A DNA stretch of 36,536 nt from positions 1 through 36,536 of IMG/VR virus record IMGVR_UViG_3300012855_000033; one strand, written 5' to 3'. Positions 1 to 9,230 of the stretch are shown here, one piece after another (position 1 is the first letter of the stretch; the number at the start of each line of letters is the position of its first letter). The notes under the pieces are model-generated. The model worked only from the letters and a program-made list of their open reading frames with translations, was not told where the DNA came from and searched no databases. A program made the position numbers and the translations under genes. The stretch is from a virus (lineage: Duplodnaviria; Caudoviricetes).

Positions 1-9
1 CTTGTCCCC
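1..9. repeat. Left copy of 9-bp terminal direct repeat CTTGTCCCC (possible cos end or circularisation overlap)
   Basis: Identical to the last 9 bases (36528-36536) and immediately upstream of the packaging genes. Confidence 0.8.
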
Positions 10-60
10 GTCGGTATTCGCGCGCGGGACGTCTAAATTTTTCGAACATCTAGACAGGGT

Positions 61-1077
61 GTGAAAGTGCCGAAACAAACTAGGCAATGGGGCGTTAAGA
101 GGGTTCTTGCGGACCCCTGCGATACACGCATCGTTCCGTCGATGAAAGGGTCCGCGCGGGACGCCTTGGCCGATGTCGGGCCGGGTCAGAGACTGGTGGC
201 GCTGACGGGCGGGCAGTACTCGATGCTCGACATCCTGCGCGCGACCCTTGAGAAGACCGGCCCGGCCGACGTCGCGGTAGCTACGTGGACCACGGGTATT
301 CGTGACGCGGAGACGGCGGCGTGGCTGTTGCGCGAGGGTGGGATCCGGTCGCTGCGGTTTCTTGTGGATCAGCGGTTTCCGAAACGACAGCCCGAGTATG
401 CGGCGCGGATGCTGGCTGTCTACGGGCCAGACGCGTTTGTGCTGTTTCGCTGTCACGCGAAGTTTGCGCTTGTGCGTAACGAGTCGTGGGACGTTGCGGT
501 GATGTCGTCGATGAATCTCAACCGGAATACCCAGGTCGAACAGTATTCCTGGGAAGACGGCGGACCCGTGCCGGACGCGCTGTGGGCGTTTGTGGAGGAG
601 GTGGCGGCCGAAATGCCTCGTGGGCTCGAGGCGCTGGCTAAGGACGACGAATCCATTGGTGCGGCGTGGGCCAAGGTGGCGGCGTCGTGGGCGCCGCCGG
701 CGCGCAAGGTGTCGAGGACGGTTTCCGAGAGTCCGCCGGTTGTCGCGCCGCCGAGCGCCGCCTCGCCGGTCGCCGCGGACGCGGTGCCGTCGCGCGCCGA
801 ACTGCTGCGAGCGGAGTTTGAGGCGGCTCGGCGCGCTGTTGAGGACATGGCGGACGCGGGCAGCTATCAGGCTCTCGTTGCCGGCCGCCGGCAGCTGCTG
901 CAGATTCACGAGGAGCTTGAGGCGCTACGGCGCGCAGAGGCCGAAGCCGTCGCCGCGGACCTGACGCCCGAGGAGCTCGAGGCGGAGATGGTCGCCGCCC
1001 TCGGCGACCTGCCGCGAGACATGGTGCAGCGCATCGTCGACCAGGTCGTGCGCCCGGCGCTGCGGGTGGTCGAGTGA
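61..1077 (+). CDS. PLD/HKD-superfamily nuclease-like domain fused to a helical C-terminal domain (putative terminase small subunit-like)
   Basis: HAKFALV...VMSSMNLN resembles the HxK..(G/S)SxN PLD motif. A Pro/Ala linker precedes a helical C-terminus. First gene before TerL. Confidence 0.6.
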   Translation: MKVPKQTRQWGVKRVLADPCDTRIVPSMKGSARDALADVGPGQRLVALTGGQYSMLDILRATLEKTGPADVAVATWTTGIRDAETAAWLLREGGIRSLRFLVDQRFPKRQPEYAARMLAVYGPDAFVLFRCHAKFALVRNESWDVAVMSSMNLNRNTQVEQYSWEDGGPVPDALWAFVEEVAAEMPRGLEALAKDDESIGAAWAKVAASWAPPARKVSRTVSESPPVVAPPSAASPVAADAVPSRAELLRAEFEAARRAVEDMADAGSYQALVAGRRQLLQIHEELEALRRAEAEAVAADLTPEELEAEMVAALGDLPRDMVQRIVDQVVRPALRVVE

Positions 1078-1331
1078 TGACCGAGCTGCAAAGCCTGACA
1101 GCACGCGAGGCGGATGAGCTGATGGTCCGGTTTGCCGCAGAGTGGCGCAGGGTGGAGAAGCTCGCCCGCCCCTCTTGGACAGCAGCCCACCGAAGGGCAA
1201 CTCGCCGCCGCAGGATGCAGCGGGCCCGTCGAGTCGCTGCGTGGCGCAAGCGCATAGAGCGGCAGCAGCGGTTGCTGCTGCGTGATGCGACATGGCACCA
1301 GCAGTACATGATGGACTCGGGGTGGCCATGA
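1074..1331 (+). CDS. Arg-rich hypothetical protein
   Basis: 4-nt GTGA overlap with the upstream gene and ATGA overlap with the downstream gene. Confidence 0.6.
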   Translation: MMTELQSLTAREADELMVRFAAEWRRVEKLARPSWTAAHRRATRRRRMQRARRVAAWRKRIERQQRLLLRDATWHQQYMMDSGWP

Positions 1332-1633
1332 CCCCCGCCCCCGACGGCCGCGACTGGTACCTCATCGACGAGAACGACCCGCGGGACATGTACGTCCTGG
1401 GGCGGTCCCTGCGGTGGGGGCCCATCCGAGGGTTGGACGCCGTCGACGTCCATGTGGCCCTCGCGGAAGTCCTGCTTGACGGCTGGCCGCTGCTCGAGGA
1501 CGAGGACGAGCGGCACGCCGTGCAGGCCACGCTCCGCGGCGCGTCGGATTGGCTGGACGGGCAGGGCGGCCCCTTTTCCGTGCTGCCGGCTACGCAGGCT
1601 GTGGCGTGGGACGAGGTCAAGGGGGCGACGTGA
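1328..1633 (+). CDS. hypothetical protein
   Basis: ATGA coupling and GC3-rich codons; ends EVKGAT. Confidence 0.7.
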   Translation: MTPAPDGRDWYLIDENDPRDMYVLGRSLRWGPIRGLDAVDVHVALAEVLLDGWPLLEDEDERHAVQATLRGASDWLDGQGGPFSVLPATQAVAWDEVKGAT

Positions 1634-2109
1634 TGCTGCGAACGAAGCGATACCTCGTGTGCCTTGAATGCGGCGATGGGGAGTTCCTTGTGGAACACCT
1701 GTGCGCTACCGGGCGCCGCGAGAAGTGGGGCCCGTGGTATTGCGATGCGTGTGGTGCCGGACATCGCGGGCACGTGCGCGGCGATTCCGTCCACGCGGAG
1801 CTGACTGGTTCCCGGCGTGACCGGACCTCCGTTCTATTGCGCGTCGACCCTGGCGAAGGAAGCCATCTGTACGTGGTCGTTAGCGGTATGCGCTTCGATG
1901 GCGCTCCGGCTGTGTTTCACCACGACGACAATGACCGCTATCTCTACGAGGAGCATTCGTGCCCAGAGAACGCGCTTCGCGCAGCGCAGGCCGTCCTGCT
2001 CGTGAATGGGTCGGGCGACATTGACAGCGACCCGCACGGCGTCTTGGCGTACATCGGCACGGCGCCCGACTGTTGCGCGCTGCTGCAAGAGGTCAAGGGC
2101 GCAACGTGA
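1633..2109 (+). CDS. hypothetical protein with CxxC pairs (possible zinc ribbon)
   Basis: CLEC and CDAC motifs; TGATG coupling; ends EVKGAT; more A/T-ending codons than its neighbours. Confidence 0.65.
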   Translation: MLRTKRYLVCLECGDGEFLVEHLCATGRREKWGPWYCDACGAGHRGHVRGDSVHAELTGSRRDRTSVLLRVDPGEGSHLYVVVSGMRFDGAPAVFHHDDNDRYLYEEHSCPENALRAAQAVLLVNGSGDIDSDPHGVLAYIGTAPDCCALLQEVKGAT

Positions 2110-3614
2110 CCCTACCCCCGCGCCGCCGAGCCCTCGAGCGGGCCCGCGCCCTTGCGGCAGACCGGGAGCGCGCCCCGCTCGAGTACATGCGGTGGACCCC
2201 GCCACAGGCGGCGTTCCTCCGGGAGTCGGCGCCGGTGGCCATCCTGACCCTCGGGCAGCAGCTGGGCGGCAAGACCACGGTAGGGCTGGCCGACACGGTG
2301 TGGCGCTGCCTCGGGGAGCACCCCTACCAGACCCTCCCCCCGCGCCCGAAGGGGCGGGGATTCCAGGCGTGGGTGGTCTGCTACAGCCACCAGCAGTCGC
2401 TGCAGATCCAGGCGAAGCTGTGGGCGCTGCTCCCCAAGGACCGGCTTCACCCCTCCACCGAATACAAGGGGCTGGCGGCCGGATTCCGAGGCAAGTATCC
2501 GTCAGTCACGATCAAAGACGTCCACGGAAAGTGGGCGACCATCCTGTTCAAGACTACGAAGCAGGGGCCGGAGGCCTTGGCGTCGGGCACCGTCGACCAC
2601 GTCCAAGTCGACGAGCCGACTGAGCAGAGCTGTTGGCAGGAGATCAAGGGGCGCGTCCGCCGCACGGCGGGCACGATCCGAGGCACCCTGACGCCGATCA
2701 ACCGGGACGTTCGCTACCTGCAGGAGGAGGTCGAGGCGGGGCTGGTCGTGCGGCACCGCTACGACCTGACTCAGGCGAACGCGACGCCCGAGGGCAGCGC
2801 CCGCCCCCTCACGCTCGAGGACGGCACGCCCATCACGGACGAGTGGATCGCCGCCGAGCGCAAGCGCACCCCGGAGGCTGTCCGGGGCGTGGTGCTCGAC
2901 GGGCATTGGGAGACGCGCGGCGTGGCGCGCTACTTCTCGCCGTTCGTCGCGGACCCTCGGGTCAGCGGCACCCACGTGTCGACGGAGCTCCCGACCGGGG
3001 AGGTGGAGCTGCGGCTGGGCATCGACCACGGGGACCGCCCGGGCAAGCAGATCGCCGTGCTGGTCGCCGTGGCGCGCGAGACCGAGGCTCGCGGCGACGT
3101 GTACGCCGACCATCGCGCTCGGGTGTGGGTCGTCGACGAGTACACCGACCCGACGGGCTTGGCGGCCCCTGTGGACGACGCACGGGGCATCCTGGACATG
3201 CTGCGCCGGCACGGGATGGAGTGGCACCACCTGACGCACGTGATGGGCGACCGGGTGCACCTGCCGGGCACGGCGAGGCAGAAGTCGAACCGCGACCTCA
3301 TGACGCACCTCGCACGGCTGCTAGGGGTGCCGTCCGACGCGCTGCGCCCGCAGATCCGCACCGTTCGCAAGAGCCGCGGCAACCGCCGGGACTACGTCGG
3401 GACCGGAGCGCGCTGGATCTACCAGGCGATGGCGGCCCCGGGCGGGTTCCGCATCTCGCCACGCTGTGAGCGCACCATCTGGGCACTCAACGAGTGGACA
3501 GGCCCGGGCCCCGACTGCCCGGAGAAGGACCCCGTCGACGCGCTGCGCTACGCGCTCGAGGACCTGATCTTTGGCGGAGTCAAGCCCGCCGCGGTCGAGG
3601 TCGTTAGCCGGTGA
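2106..3614 (+). CDS. terL: terminase large subunit
   Basis: Q-motif PPQAAF, Walker A GQQLGGKTT, Walker B HVQVDEP, coupling motif TLTP, RNase H acidic motifs GIDHG and KDPVDALRY; GTGA-coupled start. Confidence 0.92.
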   Translation: MTLPPRRRALERARALAADRERAPLEYMRWTPPQAAFLRESAPVAILTLGQQLGGKTTVGLADTVWRCLGEHPYQTLPPRPKGRGFQAWVVCYSHQQSLQIQAKLWALLPKDRLHPSTEYKGLAAGFRGKYPSVTIKDVHGKWATILFKTTKQGPEALASGTVDHVQVDEPTEQSCWQEIKGRVRRTAGTIRGTLTPINRDVRYLQEEVEAGLVVRHRYDLTQANATPEGSARPLTLEDGTPITDEWIAAERKRTPEAVRGVVLDGHWETRGVARYFSPFVADPRVSGTHVSTELPTGEVELRLGIDHGDRPGKQIAVLVAVARETEARGDVYADHRARVWVVDEYTDPTGLAAPVDDARGILDMLRRHGMEWHHLTHVMGDRVHLPGTARQKSNRDLMTHLARLLGVPSDALRPQIRTVRKSRGNRRDYVGTGARWIYQAMAAPGGFRISPRCERTIWALNEWTGPGPDCPEKDPVDALRYALEDLIFGGVKPAAVEVVSR

Positions 3615-3615
3615 C

Positions 3616-3656
3616 CGTATCATCGGTGAGACGCGCCGTCTCATTCGTGATACGCT
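3616..3656 (+). promoter_or_regulatory. Imperfect 18-bp inverted repeat overlapping an extended -10-like element upstream of portal
   Basis: CGTATCA-tcgg-TGAGACG-cgc-CGTCTCA-ttcg-TGATACG; TGaTACGCT ends 6 nt before the ATG. Confidence 0.45.
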
Positions 3657-3662
3657 TCGCCC

Positions 3663-5171
3663 ATGTTGTCACCACCTGCTCCAAAGGTCGGTCCTCACGG
3701 CGAGGACGGCGCCCGAATCGAGTACAGCCGGCGGAGCCGGCGGATCTTGTACGGCGAGCACTACGACGACGTGATCAAGCGCATGGCGCTGCAGCTGCAC
3801 GACGTGCGGCGGGAGGCGTGGGGCCACCCGGACATGGCGAGCAACCCCTTCAAGGCCGTGTGGACGGCGTTGAGCACGCTCTACGACCGAGCTCCGACCG
3901 TGACGCTGCGCGGCGCCGACGCGTCCGACGAGGCGGCCGGCTACATTCCCGAGCTCGCGGAGTCGGAGGGGCTGTGGCAGCTGATGGCCCGCGCGCAACG
4001 CGACTGCCTCGCGCTTCGCGAGCTGTACATCTTCGTTTCAGTGTCGATCGGCGATGACGGCGAGCCGGTGCCGGTCTACGAGCCGGTCTATCCGGACATG
4101 GTCGTCGCCTACGATGACCCCGCCAACCCCGGCGTGCCGGTCGAGATCTTCCGCGCCCGAGAGCGTGAGGTCCCAGACGACGACGGAGGCGCGCGCCTCG
4201 AGTGGCTGTGGGACCACTACAGCGTGCGGGATCCCGACGCCCCTGTGTACCGCATCCTCCGCGCCGAGAGCGCGGAGGATCACGTCGACGTGTCCGCGCT
4301 GTTCGGCGTCAATGGCTGGCCCGACGAGTGGCGCGACGCAAGGGATCGGCCCGTGCTGCCGGGCGTGCTCTACCACGCAGCTCAAACGCCCTACGTCTAC
4401 GACCCGTATCAGACCCGCGAGCTCGTCGAGGGCACGCTGAACGTCGCCGTCCTGCGAACATTCGTGGCCCACGTCGCGCGCAACAGCGCGTGGCGCCAGC
4501 GGTACAGCGTCGACGTTGTGCCGGCCGGCGCAGGCATTGCCGACGAGAACCGGGACGGCAAGAGCCGCATGTCGGTCGTCGCCGACCCGGCGACGATCAT
4601 CCGATTTCTCGCGACCGACCGCGACGGCGCCAACCCCCAGGTGGGCACCTTCGACGTGCCGGTCGTGCCGGCCGAGCTGTGGGCCTACATCGAGGGCTAC
4701 GAGCGCAAGCTGCTCGCAGAGGCCGGGATCAACCCTGCGGACGCGATGGCGATGAAAGGCGATCCGCGCAGCGGCTACGCGCTGGCGGTGTCGCGAGACA
4801 GCCAGCGAGAGGCGCAACGGCGGTACGAGCCGCAGTTCCGCCGCGGCGACCAGGCTGTGCTCGGGCTGACAGCGATGATGGTCAACCGGTTGCTCGGCAC
4901 CGACTACCCAGAGACCGGCTACCGGGTGACCTACCACGGCGTCCCGCAGTCGGCGTCAGAGCGGGCGGCCCTGCGTCAGCACCTGCTCGAGCTGCTCGAC
5001 GCGGGGCTGATCGACCCCGTCAGCGCCTACAAGCAGCTGCACCCGGGCATGACGGATGCGACGGCGATCGCAGAGCTGCAGCGCATCCGGGCGCAGCGCG
5101 CGGCGCTGCAGGACCCACCCCCGCCAACGAGCGGGACCGACCAAGAGGTGAGCGATGTCGATGACGTGTGA
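3663..5171 (+). CDS. portal protein
   Basis: 502 aa directly after TerL; SGYALAVS motif and helical C-terminal region resembling SPP1 gp6-like portals. Confidence 0.85.
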   Translation: MLSPPAPKVGPHGEDGARIEYSRRSRRILYGEHYDDVIKRMALQLHDVRREAWGHPDMASNPFKAVWTALSTLYDRAPTVTLRGADASDEAAGYIPELAESEGLWQLMARAQRDCLALRELYIFVSVSIGDDGEPVPVYEPVYPDMVVAYDDPANPGVPVEIFRAREREVPDDDGGARLEWLWDHYSVRDPDAPVYRILRAESAEDHVDVSALFGVNGWPDEWRDARDRPVLPGVLYHAAQTPYVYDPYQTRELVEGTLNVAVLRTFVAHVARNSAWRQRYSVDVVPAGAGIADENRDGKSRMSVVADPATIIRFLATDRDGANPQVGTFDVPVVPAELWAYIEGYERKLLAEAGINPADAMAMKGDPRSGYALAVSRDSQREAQRRYEPQFRRGDQAVLGLTAMMVNRLLGTDYPETGYRVTYHGVPQSASERAALRQHLLELLDAGLIDPVSAYKQLHPGMTDATAIAELQRIRAQRAALQDPPPPTSGTDQEVSDVDDV

Positions 5172-5769
5172 GTGCGGAAAAGAGCATCCCGACTGGGTTC
5201 CGAAGGAGCGACTGTCGAAGGTCGCGCAGCAGCGCAAGGACGCAGAGGCGGCGCGCGACGAAGCGGCCGCCAAGGTTGGCGAGCTGACCGAGCAGCTTGA
5301 GGCCGCATCGCAGCTGTCGGAGCAGGTGGCACAGCTGACCGCAGAGCGCGACAAGCTCACCGCCCGAGCGACCATCATGCAGGCGGGCATCACCGACCCG
5401 GAGGGGATCGAGGTCGTTGAGGCCCTGTGGGCTGCCCGCCCCGAGGATGCCCGCCCGCCCGAGGGGCTGACCGGGTGGCTCACCTCGCCCGATGACCTGC
5501 CCCGGGCGGTGCGGGCCTACCTGCCCGAGGAGCCCCAGGCTGCGCCACCCTCCGCCCCGGAAGGCGCGCCCCCGCCTGCCGCCTCCGAGGGCGGGGCCAC
5601 ACCTCCTCCTCCTGCCGGGCACCGCCCCCCCGGCGTCCAAGGAGCCCGCACGGGACACCCGCCGGCGGCGGGCAAGCTCACCGACGAGCAGATCCGCGGC
5701 CTGTCCCCCGCCGAGTATCGGGCGTGGCGCGACGCGGGCGGTGTTCGGGCACACAAGGGCGGAAGGTAG
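5155..5769 (+). CDS. capsid scaffolding protein
   Basis: WVPKERL followed by a coiled coil, Pro-rich linker and LSPAEYRAW tail; lies between portal and capsid genes. Confidence 0.75.
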   Translation: MSMTCECGKEHPDWVPKERLSKVAQQRKDAEAARDEAAAKVGELTEQLEAASQLSEQVAQLTAERDKLTARATIMQAGITDPEGIEVVEALWAARPEDARPPEGLTGWLTSPDDLPRAVRAYLPEEPQAAPPSAPEGAPPPAASEGGATPPPPAGHRPPGVQGARTGHPPAAGKLTDEQIRGLSPAEYRAWRDAGGVRAHKGGR

Positions 5770-5776
5770 CGCTGCG

Positions 5777-5876
5777 CCGCCGCATAGGGTAGGATGCGGC
5801 ATGGGCCTAGGGTCGCTCCCGTAACAGCGTGTGGGCCAACGCAGAGACACCCACACGCATACGGAGGGCCCTCACC
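5777..5876 (+). promoter_or_regulatory. Structured leader upstream of major capsid gene
   Basis: Stems GCCGCAT/ATGCGGC and GCGTGTGGG/CCCACACGC; CCGTA/TACGG abuts the GGAGG RBS; GGG-T-CGCT-CCC-GTAAC-AGCG could form a pseudoknot. Confidence 0.45.
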
Positions 5877-6803
5877 ATGGCCAACCTGCACAGCGACGGC
5901 TCGTTCATCGAGTCCAGCATTCTCCTCCAGGAGTACGGTCTCCTCGTCGGCGACCGCGCTCACCTGCCCGCTCACCCCGCGCTCTCCGGCGGCTACCTCG
6001 GTCTGGGCACCGAGTCCGCGACCGTCACCAAGACCCTCGCCGACATCGGCTCGGGCGTGGCGGGCACCATCTCGGAATCCGGCGCCGTCGTCCCCGACGA
6101 CTTCAACCCGTCCACCGTGTCCGCCACCGTCGTCCGCAAGGGCAAGGGGCGCAGCCGGTCCGACTTCCTCAAGACCTACGACCGGACCGGAATGTTCCTC
6201 GAACAGGCGCTGGCCTTCGACGCGGCGAGCATCCGGGGCAACACCATCGTCGGCATGGTGGCCGAGGCTGCCGCAACCGCAACGGCGGACGTGACCCCCG
6301 GCTCTGGCTCGAGCCTCACCTGGGCCAAGCTCCAGGAGGCCAAGCAGACCCTCGTGGAGACCGGTCAGCAGTTCATGGACGGCGACCTTCTCTGTGTCCT
6401 GCACCCGAAGCAGTGGAGCAACCTCGAGACCGCCATCATCGGAACCGGCCTCGGTGACGCCCTGACCCACACCGCCGAGGCGTACAACATCCAGTACGCC
6501 CGGAGCATCGGCTACCAGGGCCGGTACTTCGGGATCGACGTCTTCACCTCCACGCGTGTCCCGACCGCCAACGGTGGCGCGGACAGCCGCGGCGCGCTCA
6601 TCGCCCCCGGTGGCGTGGTGTGGGCCGAGGGGCTGCTCGAGGACGACCCCGACGGGTTCATGGACATCCTGGACGGCGGACGGCTGCGCATCGAGCGCGA
6701 GCGCGATGCGAGCCGCGCCGTCAAGGCCTACTACTACAACTTCCTCATCGGGGTCAGCCTCGGCGAGGATGCGCGCGTGGTCACCATCACGAGCGACCGG
6801 TAG
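5877..6803 (+). CDS. major capsid protein
   Basis: 308 aa after the scaffold; LCVLHPKQW, GRYFGIDVFTS and RIERERDAS segments are typical of HK97-fold capsids; strong codon bias. Confidence 0.85.
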   Translation: MANLHSDGSFIESSILLQEYGLLVGDRAHLPAHPALSGGYLGLGTESATVTKTLADIGSGVAGTISESGAVVPDDFNPSTVSATVVRKGKGRSRSDFLKTYDRTGMFLEQALAFDAASIRGNTIVGMVAEAAATATADVTPGSGSSLTWAKLQEAKQTLVETGQQFMDGDLLCVLHPKQWSNLETAIIGTGLGDALTHTAEAYNIQYARSIGYQGRYFGIDVFTSTRVPTANGGADSRGALIAPGGVVWAEGLLEDDPDGFMDILDGGRLRIERERDASRAVKAYYYNFLIGVSLGEDARVVTITSDR

Positions 6804-6834
6804 GCCGCGACACTGACGATCGAGAGGTGAGAAG

Positions 6835-7539
6835 ATGACCAAAGTTCGATTCCAGACCGCAGATCCCGAGCCGAGCCGGCAGGGCTACCAGCCCCGCAAG
6901 CCCGCAGCAGCAGTCGAGCTGCCGCGCCTGCAGCCCGGCCACCCCTGGCTCTACGCCCACCACCCGTCGCGGTGGCGGGTCGAGGGCCGAGAGCTCGTGC
7001 CGGACCTGGTGCAGGTGAGCCTGCAGCCCGGCGTCGGCGGGACCGGACGAGAGGACGGCACCGGCGGCGGGATCCCCGACGGGGCGCTGCTCGAGATGCA
7101 GCGGCGCGGCGCCGTGGTCTTCTTCGACACCACCCTCGGGGGCGCCCTCGACGGCGAGTCCTACGTGGCCCGCGTCCGCACCCGCGGCGGGTATGCGTGG
7201 ATCGACTACGCCGCCGAGCCCATCGCCAACAGCCCGCAGGTCCGCATCGACCACGACAAGCGGATGCGGCTGCTTCGCGCCGTGCGCGACATGGTGCCGG
7301 CCCCCGAGCCGCACATCCTGGAGGCCGGCGTCGACCGCTGCGAGCGTGACCACGCCGCGGCCTACGCCGACGCCGACCGCAATCCCATCAAGCAGCGGGA
7401 GGCCGACCGTCTCGCCGCCGAGCTCGAGGTGTGGCGCGCCGCCCTCGAGCAGTCGACCCCGACCCCCACCTTCCCCACGAACACCCGGCCCAGCCGGGGC
7501 AAGCGGTCCCGCGCGAAGAGCGCGGCGGCCGAGGAGTGA
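6835..7539 (+). CDS. hypothetical virion-module protein
   Basis: GAGGTGA RBS and strong codon bias; follows the capsid gene. Confidence 0.75.
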   Translation: MTKVRFQTADPEPSRQGYQPRKPAAAVELPRLQPGHPWLYAHHPSRWRVEGRELVPDLVQVSLQPGVGGTGREDGTGGGIPDGALLEMQRRGAVVFFDTTLGGALDGESYVARVRTRGGYAWIDYAAEPIANSPQVRIDHDKRMRLLRAVRDMVPAPEPHILEAGVDRCERDHAAAYADADRNPIKQREADRLAAELEVWRAALEQSTPTPTFPTNTRPSRGKRSRAKSAAAEE

Positions 7540-7543
7540 CCCC

Positions 7544-8038
7544 ATGAAGCTCATCAGCAGCCTGGCCGCGGCCGGCGACACCCTGACCAACAGCACCGAC
7601 GAGACCGTCCTCGCCAGCCACGAGTTCCCCGCCGACTTCTGGCAGGCGGGGAAGGTGGTGCGGGCCCGCGCGCTCGTGACCATCCCCAGCACCAACAGCA
7701 CCAACACGCTGCAGACCCGTGTGCGCTTCGGGGCGGCCGCTCTGACCGGCACCGCCATCGGCACCACCTCCGACCTCGACGTCGCCGACGGCGACCTGGT
7801 CGTGGCCGACGTCGAGCTGTTCTGCCGCACCGCCGGCAGCGCGGGCGTCATCGTCGCCACCGTGCTCGTCTCCGAGGACGCGGCGGGCACCGCGGCCGGC
7901 GGACACGGCCAGGTCGTGTCGAGCGTCGACACGACCTCCGCCACCTACCTCGGGATCACGGGCGAGTGGTCGGCGGCCAACGCCAGCAACCAGTGCGCCG
8001 CGCAGATGCTCAACGTCTTCGAGTCCGACGCGCTGTGA
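7544..8038 (+). CDS. beta-rich structural protein (possible head decoration)
   Basis: GAGGAG RBS; Thr/Ala/Val-rich; position in the head module. Confidence 0.6.
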   Translation: MKLISSLAAAGDTLTNSTDETVLASHEFPADFWQAGKVVRARALVTIPSTNSTNTLQTRVRFGAAALTGTAIGTTSDLDVADGDLVVADVELFCRTAGSAGVIVATVLVSEDAAGTAAGGHGQVVSSVDTTSATYLGITGEWSAANASNQCAAQMLNVFESDAL

Positions 8039-8748
8039 GCTTCGACGCTGCCCCCGTGACGGTGCGCACCCCGGTCAGCCTCGAGCTGACCCGGGGCGCG
8101 TCGTCCACCGTGACCGCTCCGCTCTACCGAGACGGGGCGGCGGTGACCGCAACGGCCGCCGCTGCGCGGCTGTACAGCAGCGGGGGCGCGCTTCTCGACT
8201 CAGAGGCCTCGGCGCTGACTGGCGGCGTCGCAACGTGGACGCTGACGCCGGCGACCACGCTCCCGCTCGAACCGGGCTACCGAATCGAGTGGGACATCAC
8301 CCACGCGGGCGGCATCGCTCGTCACACCGTGTCTGTCGCCATCGTGCGGCGGGCGCTCTACCCCGTCATCACTGACGAAGACATCATCCGGCGCGACCGG
8401 ACCCTCGACGCCAGCGAGGCTGGCTACCGGGGCCCCGAGTCGCTGACCGACCTGCAGGAGTACATCGACGAGGCGTGGACGGAGATCCTGGGCCGCATCT
8501 GGGGGCAGGGCAGCCGGCCCGCGCTCGTCATGTCGCCCGAGGCGCTGCGCTCGGTGCACCTCTACCTATCGCTCGCCATCATCTACCGAGCCATGGGCTC
8601 GGATCGGATGGAGATGGCGGCCGAGTATCAGGCCATGTACGAGGCTGCGTGGGCCTCGCTGCGCTGGGTCTACGACTCGGACGACGACGGCGTGCCCGAC
8701 GACGACGGCCAGCGTCAGGCCGGCCCTTCTGTCCTGTGGCTGTGCTGA
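8035..8748 (+). CDS. putative head-tail adaptor with N-terminal Ig-like segment
   Basis: Helical C-terminal half (EYIDEAW...YLSLAIIY...YEAAW) resembles gp6/gp15-type connectors; synteny. Confidence 0.55.
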   Translation: MSFDAAPVTVRTPVSLELTRGASSTVTAPLYRDGAAVTATAAAARLYSSGGALLDSEASALTGGVATWTLTPATTLPLEPGYRIEWDITHAGGIARHTVSVAIVRRALYPVITDEDIIRRDRTLDASEAGYRGPESLTDLQEYIDEAWTEILGRIWGQGSRPALVMSPEALRSVHLYLSLAIIYRAMGSDRMEMAAEYQAMYEAAWASLRWVYDSDDDGVPDDDGQRQAGPSVLWLC

Positions 8749-8749
8749 C

Positions 8750-9217
8750 ATGGCGACCCTACGTCCCGACCAGGTCCGCGCACGCATCGCCGCCACCCTC
8801 GAGGGGCTGACCCTCACGACGGGCACCCTCGGCACGCTCCGAGAGGCTCCGTGCGGCTATCGAGACATCCCCGACGGCGTGCCCGACCAGCGAATGCACC
8901 TGGCGTTCGGTGTCGCCCTGTCAAACACGCAGCCAGATCCTGCCGTGCCCGGACAGAGGCAGACGCAGGGCCGCCCCCTTCGCGTCGTGTCCACCGTCGC
9001 CGTGCGACTGCTGCACAAGCACCGGCGCAGCGACGCGATCGCCGACGAAGACGCAGCGATGGCGGCCGAGTCGGAGGTCATCCAAGCCGTGCTCGGGGTC
9101 AACGGCGCGTCGGGGCTGCAGGTGGTGTACACCGGCACCCAGCAGCGCAGCGCTGTCTCCGAGTCGATGCTGATCGAGATCCAGTTCTTCGCCACCTACC
9201 ACATCGCCACCGTCTGA
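8750..9217 (+). CDS. putative tail terminator/completion protein
   Basis: 155 aa immediately before the major tail gene; VRARIAATL start and beta-rich end. Confidence 0.55.
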   Translation: MATLRPDQVRARIAATLEGLTLTTGTLGTLREAPCGYRDIPDGVPDQRMHLAFGVALSNTQPDPAVPGQRQTQGRPLRVVSTVAVRLLHKHRRSDAIADEDAAMAAESEVIQAVLGVNGASGLQVVYTGTQQRSAVSESMLIEIQFFATYHIATV

Positions 9218-9230
9218 TAAGGAGGCCGCC

